Origin: an uncultured Chloroflexia bacterium
GTDB lineage: Bacteria; Chloroflexota; Limnocylindria; Limnocylindrales; CSP1-4
DNA length: 64,000 nucleotides
Assembly (NCBI GenBank): GCA_963729175.1
Contig: CAVSMY010000011.1
Location: 151,926 to 215,925 of the forward strand
Direction: 5' to 3'
Of the stretch, positions 1-9,396 are shown piece by piece. Within the stretch, counting starts at the first letter, position 1. Each line of letters begins with the position of its first letter. The translations under genes were made by a program, and so were the position numbers. The notes under the pieces are model-generated. The model worked only from the letters and a program-made list of their open reading frames with translations. It made no database searches and was not told the origin of the DNA.

Positions 1-455
1 AGCAGCTCGGGTCGATGCTGGAGCGCGACGATCAGCCCGACCTTCTGCTTGTTGCCCTTCGAGTACTCCCGGAACCGTCGGCTCGGATCGAGATCGAAGC
101 GCTCGATGAGCCGCGCCTGGTAGGCCTCGTCGACGCCGCCCCGGAGGTTCGCGAAGTACTCGATCGTCTGGGCGCCGGTCAGCCGGTCATACAGGCCGAA
201 CTCGCCCGGCAGATAGCCGGACCGGCGATGGATCTCGACCGAGTGCGCGACGCTGTCGAGCCCGAAGACGAGGGCCCGGCCGCTGGTCGGTCGAATCAGG
301 TCGAGGACGGTCCGGATCGTCGTCGTCTTGCCGGCCCCGTTCGGGCCGAGGAAGCCGAAGATCTCGCCCTCGCCGACCTCGAGGTCGACCTCGATGATGC
401 CGCGGTGGTCGCCATACGACTTCGTCAGTCGCTCGGTCTGGATGATCGCTGTCAT
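1..455 (-). CDS. ABC transporter ATP-binding protein, N-terminal part (gene runs off the left edge)
   Basis: Own minus-strand translation from ATG (plus cat 453-455): MTAIIQTERLTKSYGDHRGIIEVDLEVGEGEIFGFLGPNGAGKTTTIRTVLDLIRPTSG...YSKGNKQKVGLIVALQHRPELL. Has Walker A GPNGAGKT and an ABC-signature-like SKGNKQK. Not in the ORF track because there is no stop inside the window. Confidence 0.85.
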   Translation of the reverse strand, partial: MTAIIQTERLTKSYGDHRGIIEVDLEVGEGEIFGFLGPNGAGKTTTIRTVLDLIRPTSGRALVFGLDSVAHSVEIHRRSGYLPGEFGLYDRLTGAQTIEYFANLRGGVDEAYQARLIERFDLDPSRRFREYSKGNKQKVGLIVALQHRPEL

Positions 456-520
456 GGCCGTCCCTTCGTGCGACAGGGCTTCCTGGCGGGAGCGCCCGCG
501 GGATGGCGGTCGCCCGGAGG

Positions 521-1020
521 TCAGCGGCGCGTGGCCCGAAGTGCCGCGCTGAGCCCGCGCAGGTGGGTCTCCGTCACGCGGGCCAAGGCGTCGCCGCCGG
601 GACCGGCGAGCAATCCGGCGAGGCGATCGCCGACGGTCCCGCTCGCCTCGTGGTCACGACGGAACCGCCGGAGCGCGGCGCCAGCGTCCAGCGTCCACTC
701 GGCGTGGATCGCGCCGGCCTGGAGGCAGTACCGGAACCGGGCGTTCGGACGGGCCTCGAGGCTCTCGACCGTCGCGTCCTCCCGGAGCATCCGAAGCCGC
801 AGCCGCCCGGCGCGCCGCTCACCGGCAGCCGGCCACGCCGCCGAGCGCAGGACCGAGCCGCAGCTCGGGGGTGATCGTCGCCGCCCAGCGGGGATCGTGG
901 AGGACCGCCCACACGGCCGCGGGCTCGGCGTCGACGAAGATCCGCCGGCTGATCCGGGCGGGCGGGGCGGGAACGGGGTCGGGCCGGTCGGCGCCGGACG
1001 CGACGACTGCCGAGTGCCAT
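521..1020 (-). pseudogene. SRPBCC/START-fold (cyclase/dehydrase-like) protein, reading frame disrupted about twice
   Basis: ATG at 1018-1020, one nt after the upstream ALDH stop. Domain pieces lie in different frames: ISRRIFVDAEPAAVWAVLHDPRWAATITPELRLGP (tail of ORF 819..1343) and MLREDATVESLEARPNARFRYCLQAGAIHAEWTLDAG... (ORF 521..790). Confidence 0.55.
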
Positions 1021-1021
1021 G

Positions 1022-1976
1022 TCAGACGCCGATCGGATGCCACACGGTCTTGAACTCGAGGAACGCCGCGATCCACTCCGGGCGCTCCGACGGCGCGATC
1101 GTCGAGCCAGTCGAAGGACCCGACTCGCGGACCCGCCGAGGCCGCTTCGACAGGCGCTTGATCGTGTCGGCCGCGGTCAGCTCGGCGTCGAGTCCGCAGC
1201 GCGTCCGGGCAACCCCACAGGTCGACCGCATCAACATCGCCGTGGGCCGCCAGGACCGGCACGAGCTCCTTCCGCTGGCCGGTCAGGAGGTTGACGACAC
1301 CGCCCGGGACGTCGGACGTGGCGAGGACCTCGGTAAGGGTCACGGCCGGCAGGGGCCGACGCCTCGGATGCGAGGACGACGGCCGTGTTGCCCGAGACGA
1401 GGACCGGGGCGAGCCGGCTCACGAGCCCGAGGAGCGACGACGACTCTGGCGCGACGACGCCGACGACGCCCGGTCGGCTCGGGGATGGTGAAGTCGAAAT
1501 ACGAGGCGCCGACCGGGTTCGTCGAGCCGAGGATCTGGGCGATCTTGTCGGCCCAGCCGGCGTACCAGACCCAGCGGTCGATGGACCGATCGACGATCGA
1601 GGCGGCCCGAGCCGACCGGGACGCCCTCCGCCCGTCGGACCTCGTCGACGAACTGGTCGCGGCGCCCCTCCATCAGCTCGGCGACGCGGTAGAGGACCTG
1701 GCCCCGGTTCATCGCCGTCCGCCCGGACCAGCCGTCGAACGCGCCGCGGGCGGCACGGACCGCGTCGCGAAGGTCCTTCCGCGAGGCCCGGCAGGCGTTC
1801 GCGAGGAGCTCACCGTCGGCCGCCTTCACGACGTACGAGCGGCCGCTCTCGGTCCGCGGGAACTGGCCGCCGATGTAGAGCTTGTACGTCTTGCGGACCT
1901 CGACCCGGGGCGTCGGGCGCGGCTGCGGCGCCCGGGCACGCGAACGGCTCGGGGCGGGCGGGCGTCGGCTGGCCAT
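1022..1976 (-). pseudogene. Aldehyde dehydrogenase family protein (second paralog), at least three frameshifts
   Basis: N-terminus KTYKLYIGGQFPRTESGRSYVVKAADGELLANACRASRKDLRDAVRAARGAF (ORF 1419..2120, Met at 1976). SRLAPVLVSGNTAVVLASEAS (ORF 1231..1422). TLTEVLATSDVPGGVVNLLTGQRKELVPVLAAHGDVDAVDLWG (ORF 819..1343). C-terminus EWIAAFLEFKTVWHPIGV (ORF 1022..1237). Confidence 0.7.
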
Positions 1977-1978
1977 CG

Positions 1979-2466
1979 TCAGCGGCCTTCCTCGCGGGGG
2001 CGCGGCCCGACGAACTCGAGGCCGTAGCGCTCGGCGACGGCTCCGACGACCGCCGGTGGCGTCATCGACAGACCCGCCGGCAGGCACGTCGCTCGTGGCG
2101 GGCACCCCGACCTCGAACACGAACCGTTCGAAGCCCGCCGGCGACGTGATGACGAGGATGCGCGACGGCTCCGATGTCGACCGTGAAGGTGTGGGGGATC
2201 CCCATCGGCGCGAAGGCGAGCGACCCGGTCGCGGCAGTCATCACCGCCTCGCCCACATGGAACGTCAGCTGGCCGTCGAGGACGTAGAAGGCCTCGTCCT
2301 CGTGGTGATGGATGTGCCGCCGGGGCTCGGAGGTCCTCGTCACGACCGCCTCGAGGATCGAGAGCCGGTCGGCGGTGTCGTCCCCGCCGGTCTTGCGGGT
2401 GAAGCGACCACCGATCGACCACACGGATCCGCCCGCGCCGGGCTCGACCAGGAAACCGGCCGTCAT
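1979..2466 (-). pseudogene. Cupin domain protein, 3' part frameshifted
   Basis: MTAGFLVEPGAGGSVWSIGGRFTRKTGGDDTADRLSILEAVVTRTSEPRRHIHHHEDEAFYVLDGQLTFHVGE...GIPHTFTV in the ORF 2062..4032 frame. The tail continues in two other frames (FEVGVPATSDVPAG, then LSMTPPAVVGAVAERYGLEFVGPRPREEGR ending at 1979). ATGA overlap with the ALDH stop at 2463-2466. Confidence 0.6.
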
Positions 2467-3980
2467 CGGTCCTCCAGCCGCACATAGGCGAGGAGGCCAT
2501 GCAGCCCGCCCTCGCGGCCGTAGCCGGATTCCTTGTAGCCGCCGAACGGGCTCGTCGGGTCGAACTTGTTGAACGTGTTCGCCCAGACGACGCCGGCACG
2601 CAGCTTGCGGGCCATGTCGAGGATCCGGCTGCCCTTCTCCGTCCACACACCGGCGGAGAGGCCGTACGCCGTGTTGTTCGCCTTCTCGACGGCCTCGTCC
2701 GGCGTCCGGAAGGTCAGGACCGAGAGGACCGGCCCGAAGATCTCCTCGCGGGCGATGCGGTGACTCTGGGCGACGTTGGTGAAGAGCGTCGGGCGGAAGA
2801 AGTAGCCACGCTCGGGCAGGTCGCAGGCCGGCTGGTACAGCTCTGCGCCCTCGTCGACCCCGGCCGCCACGAGCTCGGTGATCCGCTCGAGCTGGGCCTT
2901 CGAGTTGATCGCCCCGACATCGGTGTTCTTGTCGAGCGGGTCGCCGACGCGGAGGGTCGAGAGGCGATCCTTGAGCTTGTCGATGACGATCGGCGCGACG
3001 CTCTCCTGGACGAGCAGCCGCGAGCCGGCGCAGCAGACCTCGCCCTGGTTGAAGTAGATCCCGTTCACGATGCCCTCGACGGCCTGGTCGAGGGCGGCGT
3101 CCTCGAACACGATGTTCGCGGCCTTCCCGCCGAGCTCGAGGGTCAGGGCCTTGTCGGAGCCGGCGACGGCCTTCGCGATCGTCCGACCCACCTCCGTCGA
3201 GCCGGTGAAGGCGACCTTGTCGACGCCGCGATGTCGGGCCAGGTGACCGCCGATCTCGCCCGGCCCGGTGACGATGTTCACGACGCCGGCCGGCAGCTCC
3301 GCCTGACGGCAGACGTCGGCGAACAGGAGGGCGGTCAGGGGCGTCGTCGAAGCGGGCTTGAGGATGACGGTGTTGCCCGCGGCGAGGGCAGGGGCGATCT
3401 TCCAGGCGAGCATGAGCAGCGGGAAGTTCCAGGGGATGATCTGGCCGGCGACCCCGAGCGGCCGGGCGATCGCGGCCGGGGAAGGCGTAGTCGAGCTTGT
3501 CGGCCCAGCCGGCGTAGTACCAGAAGTGGGCCGCGACGAGCGGGATGTCGACGTCGCGGCTCTCCTTGATCGGCTTGCCCGAGTCCATCGATTCGAGGAC
3601 CGCGAACTCGCGCGACCGCTCCTGCAGGATGCGGGCGATCCGGAACAGGTACTTGGCTCGCTCCTTGCCGGCCAGGCGAGCCCACTTCCGATGGGCCCGG
3701 CGGGCGCTGCGGATCGCCCGATCGATGTCGGCAGGCGTGCCTTTCGCGACCGCCGCGAGCGGCTGCTCGGTGGCGGGATCGACGCTCGTGAACGTCCCTC
3801 CGCCGGTCGCCTCGACTTCGCGACCGCCGATGAACAAGCCCGTAGCGGTCCTTGAGTCGGACGATGTCGCGGGCCTCGGGCGCTGGGGCGTACTCCCACG
3901 GGATCGCCTGGCCGTCCCCGAGTCCCCAGCTCGACGCCGCGACGCTCGAGCGCGAGTGCGCCGTTCCCGTCGCTGGGCAT
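2463..3980 (-). pseudogene. NAD(P)-dependent aldehyde dehydrogenase, about three frameshifts
   Basis: C-terminal 330 aa are intact in the ORF 2463..6101 frame (QIIPWNFPLLMLAWKIAPALAAGNTVILKPA...ELGGKAANIVF...FNQGEVCCAGSRLLV...EEIFGPV). The N-terminal part LFIGGREVEATGGGTFTSVDPATEQPLAAVAKGTPADIDRAIRSARRAHRKW is in the ORF 2062..4032 frame. WEYAPAPEARDIVRLKDRYG is in a third frame. One shift is an extra G in a G-run (plus CCC 3839-3841). An alternative start is at 4016. Confidence 0.85.
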
Positions 3981-4024
3981 CCTCGTCAGTGCTCGTGCGT
4001 CGGTGTCGGTCGCCATCGCCCCGA

Positions 4025-5063
4025 TTATGCACCCGGCCCCCGGGTACGGCCGGCGGACGGACCGTGCCGACAGGATGTCAGGGTGCTCGCCAATGGGATC
4101 CCGTCGCCCGCGAGGTAGACGCCGGTCGGACCGGAGACGCGAAGGTCGTACGTCCGCCCCCGGCATACGGGACGAGGTCCGCCTGGGCGACGACGGCGCC
4201 GTCGACACGATCGCCGGGCCGAAGGTCGCCGAGACGGCCGGCCGTCGGGCAGCGGATGGCCCGGCGATGCGGTCACCGTGCGTCCGTCCGACAGCACCAG
4301 ATCGACGACCCGATGGTCGGGCGGCACGGGTGTGCTGGCGACGGCGAGGACGACGCCAGGGACCCGCCGGTCGTGGCCGTCCAGGGTCCAGATCACGTCG
4401 CCGACCGTGAGTGCCTCGACCGCGATCGCCCCATTCGGCGTCGCGATCGCCGTGCCTCGGGCGAGGCAGATGGGGCAGGGTGGCGGACCCGACGGACTCC
4501 GCGACGCGACCGTGATCGTCCCGTCCGATGCGATCGTCCCGCTCACCCGCTCGATCGGTCGGTCGGCGGCGTCGGTCTTCTGGAAGATCTCGTCGAAGCC
4601 GAAACCGCCGTCGGCCGGTGTCAGCTCCAGCGCCCGGAGCTGTTTCCAGACCGTGTAGATCGCGAGCGTGGCGGCCGGCGGTCGGCGCGAGAGTCGGGTC
4701 AAGACCGAGGTACGTCGTGATCGCCGACCAGGTCGCGCGGTCCGCCCGGATCTCCGGGAGCCGCTCCTGCGCGCGGGAGGCCACGTCGGCGACACCGACC
4801 GGATACTCGTCGGGGTCGCAGTAGACGAGACCGCCGAACTCCACCAGGAGGGCGGCCTTCAGGGCCGGCTGGGACAAGGTGGAGGCCGACGGGGGCGGCG
4901 ACGCGGAGGCCGGAGGCGAGGTGGATGGACCGGGCGAGGTCGTCGGGCTGGGACCGCCCGAGCCCGTCGCGCCGGGCACGCAGCCGACCGCGAGGAGCGC
5001 GACGACCACGATCGTGCCGGCTGCGACGAGCGCGGGCTGGCGGACGGTCATGCGCGGGCTCAT
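4025..5063 (-). pseudogene. Lipoprotein with C-terminal Hint (bacterial intein-like) domain, about three frameshifts
   Basis: Signal peptide plus lipobox MSPRMTVRQPALVAAGTIVVVALLAVGC and a Pro/Ser linker (ORF 2463..6101 frame). Then ATLAIYTVWKQLRALELTPADGGFGFDEIF...PPPCPICLARGTAIATPNGAIAVEALTVGDVIWTLDGHDRRVPGVVLAVA...VVDLVLSDGRTVTASPGHPL...RTYDLRVSGPTGVYLAGDGIPLASTL (ORF 4025..4795). A middle piece GDLRPGDRVDGAVVAQADLVPYAGG is in another frame. Confidence 0.6.
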
Positions 5064-5192
5064 GCGGCGCTGACGACCTCGGCCGAGGGCTGGTTCCCTC
5101 GATCGTACCCCGCCGGCTCGTCTAGGCTTGGCCGCGGACCACCTCCGACCGAGCGATCTCATCCCGGAGGGGCCACGCCGCAGCGGACGACC

Positions 5193-5900
5193 GTGGACCG
5201 ACTCTCCGGAGCCGTCGAGCGACTCGACGGGCCCCTCGACGACCCCGTCGCTCTCGAGGCGAACCTGCGCGACCTGCGTTGGATCAACCGCTGGCTGGGC
5301 GGTGTCGCTCTGAGCTCGTGGGCGCTCGGCTGCCTGGTCGACGACCGGCGAGGGCTCGCCCTGCTCGATGTCGGAGCCGGTGCGGCCGACATCCCGATCG
5401 CCCTGATCCGCGCCGCCGCCCGTCGCGGGCAGCCGATCCGGGTGACGGCCGTGGATCGCAGCGAGCGGGTCCGCGCCGCCGCTCTGGCGATCGACCCTGG
5501 GCTGGCCCATGAACCGGCTCTCCGGTACGAGGTCCACGACGGCCTGTCGCTGCCGTTCGAGGACGACGCGGTCGACATCGCCCACGCCTCGATGACGCTC
5601 CACCACCTCGACGGGGACGCGGCGGTGGCGTTCCTGCGCGAGCTCGGGCGGGTCGCTCGTCGTGGCGTCATCGTGAACGACCTCGACCGGACCGCGCTCG
5701 CGTACGCCGGTGCTCGGCTGCTCACGGCGACGCTCACGCGAGCCGCCTACACCCGTCACGACGGACCGCTGTCGGTCCGACGGGCCTACCGACCGGCCGA
5801 GGTGTTCGAGCTCGCGACAGCGGCTGGGCTCCGGCCGATCGGATCGCGGATGGACGTCCTCCGGCATCGCTACGCCGTCGTCGCGGTCCGGGCGACATGA
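5193..5900 (+). CDS. Class I SAM-dependent methyltransferase
   Basis: C-terminal 235 aa of ORF 4668..5900 from GTG 5193. SAM motif I LLDVGAGAADIP, then DAVDIAHASMTLHHL and GVIVNDL. The start is chosen as the first plausible in-frame GTG, so it is uncertain. Confidence 0.75.
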   Translation: MDRLSGAVERLDGPLDDPVALEANLRDLRWINRWLGGVALSSWALGCLVDDRRGLALLDVGAGAADIPIALIRAAARRGQPIRVTAVDRSERVRAAALAIDPGLAHEPALRYEVHDGLSLPFEDDAVDIAHASMTLHHLDGDAAVAFLRELGRVARRGVIVNDLDRTALAYAGARLLTATLTRAAYTRHDGPLSVRRAYRPAEVFELATAAGLRPIGSRMDVLRHRYAVVAVRAT

Positions 5901-7147
5901 CGATCGATGCCGAGAGGCCCGATGTCGTCGTCGTGGGCGGTGGACCGGCGGGCGCCCTCGCGGCGGCCGCGATCGCCCGGGCCGGTCGCTCGACCGTGCT
6001 CCTGGAGCGCTCGCCGACGACCCGCTGGCGGGCCTGCGGCGTCTTCGCGTCGCCGGTCGCGGTCCGCCGCCTCCGCCGAGCCGGTCTGCCGGAGACGACA
6101 CTCGACGCGGTGGCGCGCCCGCTCGAGGCGATGCTCGTCACGGCACCGGGCGGCGCGACCGTCCGGCTGACCTACGGGGCCACGGCGGGCGGAGCGGCCC
6201 GGGGCCGGGCGGCGGCGGGCGGAGCGCCGCCGGTCGGGTTCGATCGCGGTCGGCTCGACCCCGCGCTGCTCGATCTGGCCCGCGCGGCCGGTGTCGACGT
6301 CCGGACCGGTGTCACCGTGGAGGACGTGACGCTCGGAGGCCGGCGGCCGAAGATCGGGATCCGATCAATGGATGGCACCGCCCGCCTCGAGCCGCGCATC
6401 GTCGTCGGCGCGGACGGCCATCACTCGGTCGTCGCGACGCGGGCCGGCGTGGTGCGCCGGCCGTTCCTTGCCGACCGGGTCGGGCTCACCTATCACGTCC
6501 AGGAACCCGACCCCGGTGCCAGCCGGGAGGCGCGGATGGCGGTCCTTGACGGCGCCTACTGCGGCATCGCGCCGGTTCCCGGCGGTCGGCTCAACATCGG
6601 GATCGTCCTGGCCGGGGCCGCCTGGCACGACCGGCTCCGGCGACGCGGCGCCGGGGAGACGGTGCGAGCGGTCATCGCCGCGATCCCGCCGCTCCCCGGG
6701 GAAGACCGGCGCTGGCGCGCCGCCGAGGCGATCGACACGATCGAGGGCGCCGTCCCGCTCGGGACGCGCGTCGCCCGGCGGAGCGGCCGCGACTGGCTCC
6801 TGATCGGCGACGCGGCCGGGTTCCTCGACCCGTTCACCGGCGAGGGGCTCCACCGGGCGTTCGTGTCCGCCGCCCTCGGCGCCGCGGCGGTCCTCGCCGC
6901 GCTCGATGGCGACCCGACCGCCCTCGACCGCTACGATCGGTCGATGCGCGCCCGATTCCTCGCGAAGGACGTCGTCAGCCTGATCGTCCAGGGGTTCCTC
7001 GGCCGACCGCAGGCGTTCGACTTCGCGGCCGAGCGACTGGTCCGTCGGCCGGCGGAGCGGGAGCTCCTCGGCCTCGTCATCGGCGACCTTGCGCCCGCCA
7101 GTCGCGCGCTCGATCCGCGGTTCCTGTTCCGCCTCCTGGCGCCCTGA
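5897..7147 (+). CDS. FAD-dependent oxidoreductase, geranylgeranyl reductase family
   Basis: ORF 5897..7147. Dinucleotide-binding DVVVVGGGPAGALAAAAIARAG, RIVVGADGHHS, and GDAAGFLDPFTGEGLHRA typical of the GGR/FixC family. ATGA overlap with the methyltransferase stop. Confidence 0.85.
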   Translation: MTIDAERPDVVVVGGGPAGALAAAAIARAGRSTVLLERSPTTRWRACGVFASPVAVRRLRRAGLPETTLDAVARPLEAMLVTAPGGATVRLTYGATAGGAARGRAAAGGAPPVGFDRGRLDPALLDLARAAGVDVRTGVTVEDVTLGGRRPKIGIRSMDGTARLEPRIVVGADGHHSVVATRAGVVRRPFLADRVGLTYHVQEPDPGASREARMAVLDGAYCGIAPVPGGRLNIGIVLAGAAWHDRLRRRGAGETVRAVIAAIPPLPGEDRRWRAAEAIDTIEGAVPLGTRVARRSGRDWLLIGDAAGFLDPFTGEGLHRAFVSAALGAAAVLAALDGDPTALDRYDRSMRARFLAKDVVSLIVQGFLGRPQAFDFAAERLVRRPAERELLGLVIGDLAPASRALDPRFLFRLLAP

Positions 7148-7149
7148 CG

Positions 7150-7596
7150 ATGCCGACCCGCGACTTCGTCACGTACGTCGGCGCCTACGGCATCTGCGTC
7201 GACGACGACCGGATGCTCCTGGCCCGGATCCGCGAGGCCACCCCCGACGATGGCAAGTGGACGCTTCCAGGCGGCGGCCTGCTGTATGGCGAGACACCGG
7301 ATGATGCCGTTCGGCGCGAGGTCGAGGAGGAGACGGGACTCCTGTGCCGGGTCGAGGCGTTGCTCGGGACGAGCGTCATGACGATCGACCGGAGCGTCGC
7401 CTTCGACGGCGCGCCGATGCACTTCGTCGGGATCCTCTATCGGGTCCGGATCGTCGGCGGCAGCCTGCGCGACGAGGTGGATGGGACGACCGACGCGTGC
7501 GGCTGGTTCAGCCGCGAGGAGATCGCGACGATGCCGCTCGTCTGGCTCGTCGAGCGGGACGCCCTGCCCCTGGCGTTCCCGGGCGACGCGACGTGA
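7150..7596 (+). CDS. NUDIX hydrolase
   Basis: ORF 7150..7596. Nudix box GGGLLYGETPDDAVRREVEEETGL. Starts 2 nt after the upstream stop. Confidence 0.85.
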   Translation: MPTRDFVTYVGAYGICVDDDRMLLARIREATPDDGKWTLPGGGLLYGETPDDAVRREVEEETGLLCRVEALLGTSVMTIDRSVAFDGAPMHFVGILYRVRIVGGSLRDEVDGTTDACGWFSREEIATMPLVWLVERDALPLAFPGDAT

Positions 7597-8127
7597 GGTC
7601 ATCGATCGGGATCGACGTCGCCGCAGCCCCGGCGGTCGTCTTCGCGCTGGCCCACGATGTCACCCGCTGGGAGCGGCTGCTGCCCCACTACGCTCCGATC
7701 ACGGGCGATCCGACGCGAGGCGGGCGGTGAGTCCATCGTCGGGTTCGTCGCCCGTCGACCCGCCCCCTGGCCGCTCGATGCGCTCGGGCTGGCGATCCCC
7801 GTCGCCTGGCGGGCGCGCTGCTGGTCCGAGCCCGGGACATGCCGGCTGCGGTTCGTCCATCAGGGCGGCGCGACCTCGGGCATGGCGGTCACGTGGCGGA
7901 TCGAGCCGATCCCGGAGGGCTGTCGGATCACGATCGAGCACGACTTCCGGCCCCGGGTCGGGCCGTGGGCGGTCATCGTCGACCGGCTCTTCACCCGCCC
8001 GATCGCTGGTCGGACACTCGCGACCTTCAAGGCGCTCGCCGAGGCCGTGGGGACACCAGCCGCCGCGGGCCTGCCTGCCGCGGGCGAGGAGTCCGCCGAC
8101 CCCGTGCTGGCGGATCCTCCGGTATGA
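7593..8127 (+). pseudogene. SRPBCC family protein (cyclase/dehydrase-like), one frameshift
   Basis: GTG 7593 overlaps the Nudix stop (GTGA). N-terminus VRSSIGIDVAAAPAVVFALAHDVTRWERLLPHYAPIT (ORF 7344..7730 frame). Continues as AIRREAGGESIVGFVARRP...RLRFVHQGGATSGMAVTWRIEPIPEGCRITIEHDF (ORF 7657..8127). The shift is at G-run 7703-7705. Confidence 0.65.
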
Positions 8128-9396
8128 GAGCAGTCGGCCGACGCGACGCCTGGATCACCGGGATCGGGATCGTGACCGCGATCGGCACCGGCCGGGACGC
8201 GTTCTGGCAGGGCGTCCGGAGCGGTCGCTCGCCGGTCAAGCGGATCGACCGCTTCGACCCCTCGCCCTTCCGCTCCCAGGTCGCGGCCCAGATCGACGAC
8301 TTCGACCCGCTCGACCACATGGACGTCCAGGCGGCGCGGCGGCTCGACCGGTTCAGCCAGTTCGGCCTGGCGGCCGGTCGGATGGCGATGGCCGACGCGG
8401 GTCTCACGCCCGGCCAGGGCGGCGGCGCGACGCCCGAGAGGATCGGGATCAGCGTCGGCAGCGCCCTGGGCGGGATCGCCTTCGCCGAGATCCAGCACGA
8501 GCGCTATCTCGAGAAGGGCATCAAGGCGGTCGCCCCGACCCTCGCCCTGGCGGTCTTCGGTGGGGCGGCGCCAGCGAACCTCGGGATCGACCTCGACGTC
8601 CGCGGACCGATCATGTCGACCGCGAACTCCTGCGCCTCCGGCGCGGTCGCGCTCGGATCGGCGCTCGAGGACATCCGGACCGGCCGGATCGACGCGGCGG
8701 TCGCCGGCGGCGTCGAGGTGCCGTTGAGCCCGCTCGCGTTCGGGGCGTTCGACATCATCCGGGCACTGTCCGCGGGCGCCAACGACAGCCCCGCGATCGC
8801 CTGCCGGCCGTTCGATGCCGGACGCGATGGCTTCGTCATGGGTGAGGGCGCGGCGATGGTCGTCCTCGAGGCCGCCGACGTCGCCCGTCGGCGGGGCGCG
8901 GTGCCGTACGCCCGTCTGCTCGGCTATGCCGCCACCTCGGATGCCCACCACATGGTCCAGCCGCGGCCCGACGGGCTGGAGGCCGGCCGCGCCGCCACCC
9001 TGGCCCTCGAGGATGCCGACGTCGCCGCCGGCGACATCGAGTACGTGAACGCCCACGCATCATCGACCCCGATCGGCGACGCGGCCGAGGCCCAGGCACT
9101 CGAGCGGGCCCTCGGGCCCCGGGTCCGCGACGTGCCGGTCAGCGGCACGAAGGCCCTGCTACGGCCACCCGCTCGGTGCGTCCGGGGCGATCGAGGCGGT
9201 CATCTGCGCGCTCGCGATCCGCGACGGCTGGGCGCCGGCCTCAGCGAACCTGCGGGACGTCGATCCGGCCATCGCCGCGCGGCTGCCCGGGCTGCTCCGC
9301 GACGGCCGGCCCGGGTCCTACGGGCGGGTGCTTTCGACCTCGTTCGGGTTCGGCGGCCTGAACGCCGCGCTGGTGTTCGGCAGCGTCGAGGCCTGA
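8124..9396 (+). pseudogene. Beta-ketoacyl-ACP synthase I/II family (KAS-II-like), one frameshift near 9160
   Basis: In the ORF 7839..10280 frame from ATG 8124 (ATGA overlap with the SRPBCC stop): WITGIGIVTAIGTG, active-site Cys STANSCASGAVALG, DAHHMVQP, VNAHASSTPIGD, VSGTKAL. After the shift: YGHPLGASGAIEAVICALAIRDGWAPASANL...STSFGFGGLNAALVFGSVEA, with stop 9394-9396. Confidence 0.85.

Noticed and set aside
15-2027. 670-aa plus-strand ORF at the left end
   Set aside because: It is antisense to the ABC ATPase, SRPBCC and ALDH genes, and its composition is Arg/Pro/Gly-rich junk.
4025-5063. Hint domain considered as a true intein or mobile element
   Set aside because: There is no homing-endonuclease region, no C-extein and no recognisable host enzyme being interrupted. 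It fits a terminal bacterial intein-like domain rather than a mobile intein. No transposase, integrase or flanking repeats were seen anywhere in the window.
2463-6101. 1212-aa minus-strand ORF read as one giant protein
   Set aside because: Only its last ~330 aa (the ALDH C-terminus) and an internal ~130-aa stretch (the lipoprotein N-terminus) are real. The rest is read-through across intergenic DNA and antisense of the methyltransferase gene.
9318-9396. 79-nt convergent overlap of the MFS 3' end with the KAS 3' end
   Set aside because: It probably just reflects the lack of stop codons in GC-rich antisense frames. The MFS tail here is non-hydrophobic and may be untranslated, so I do not treat it as meaningful.
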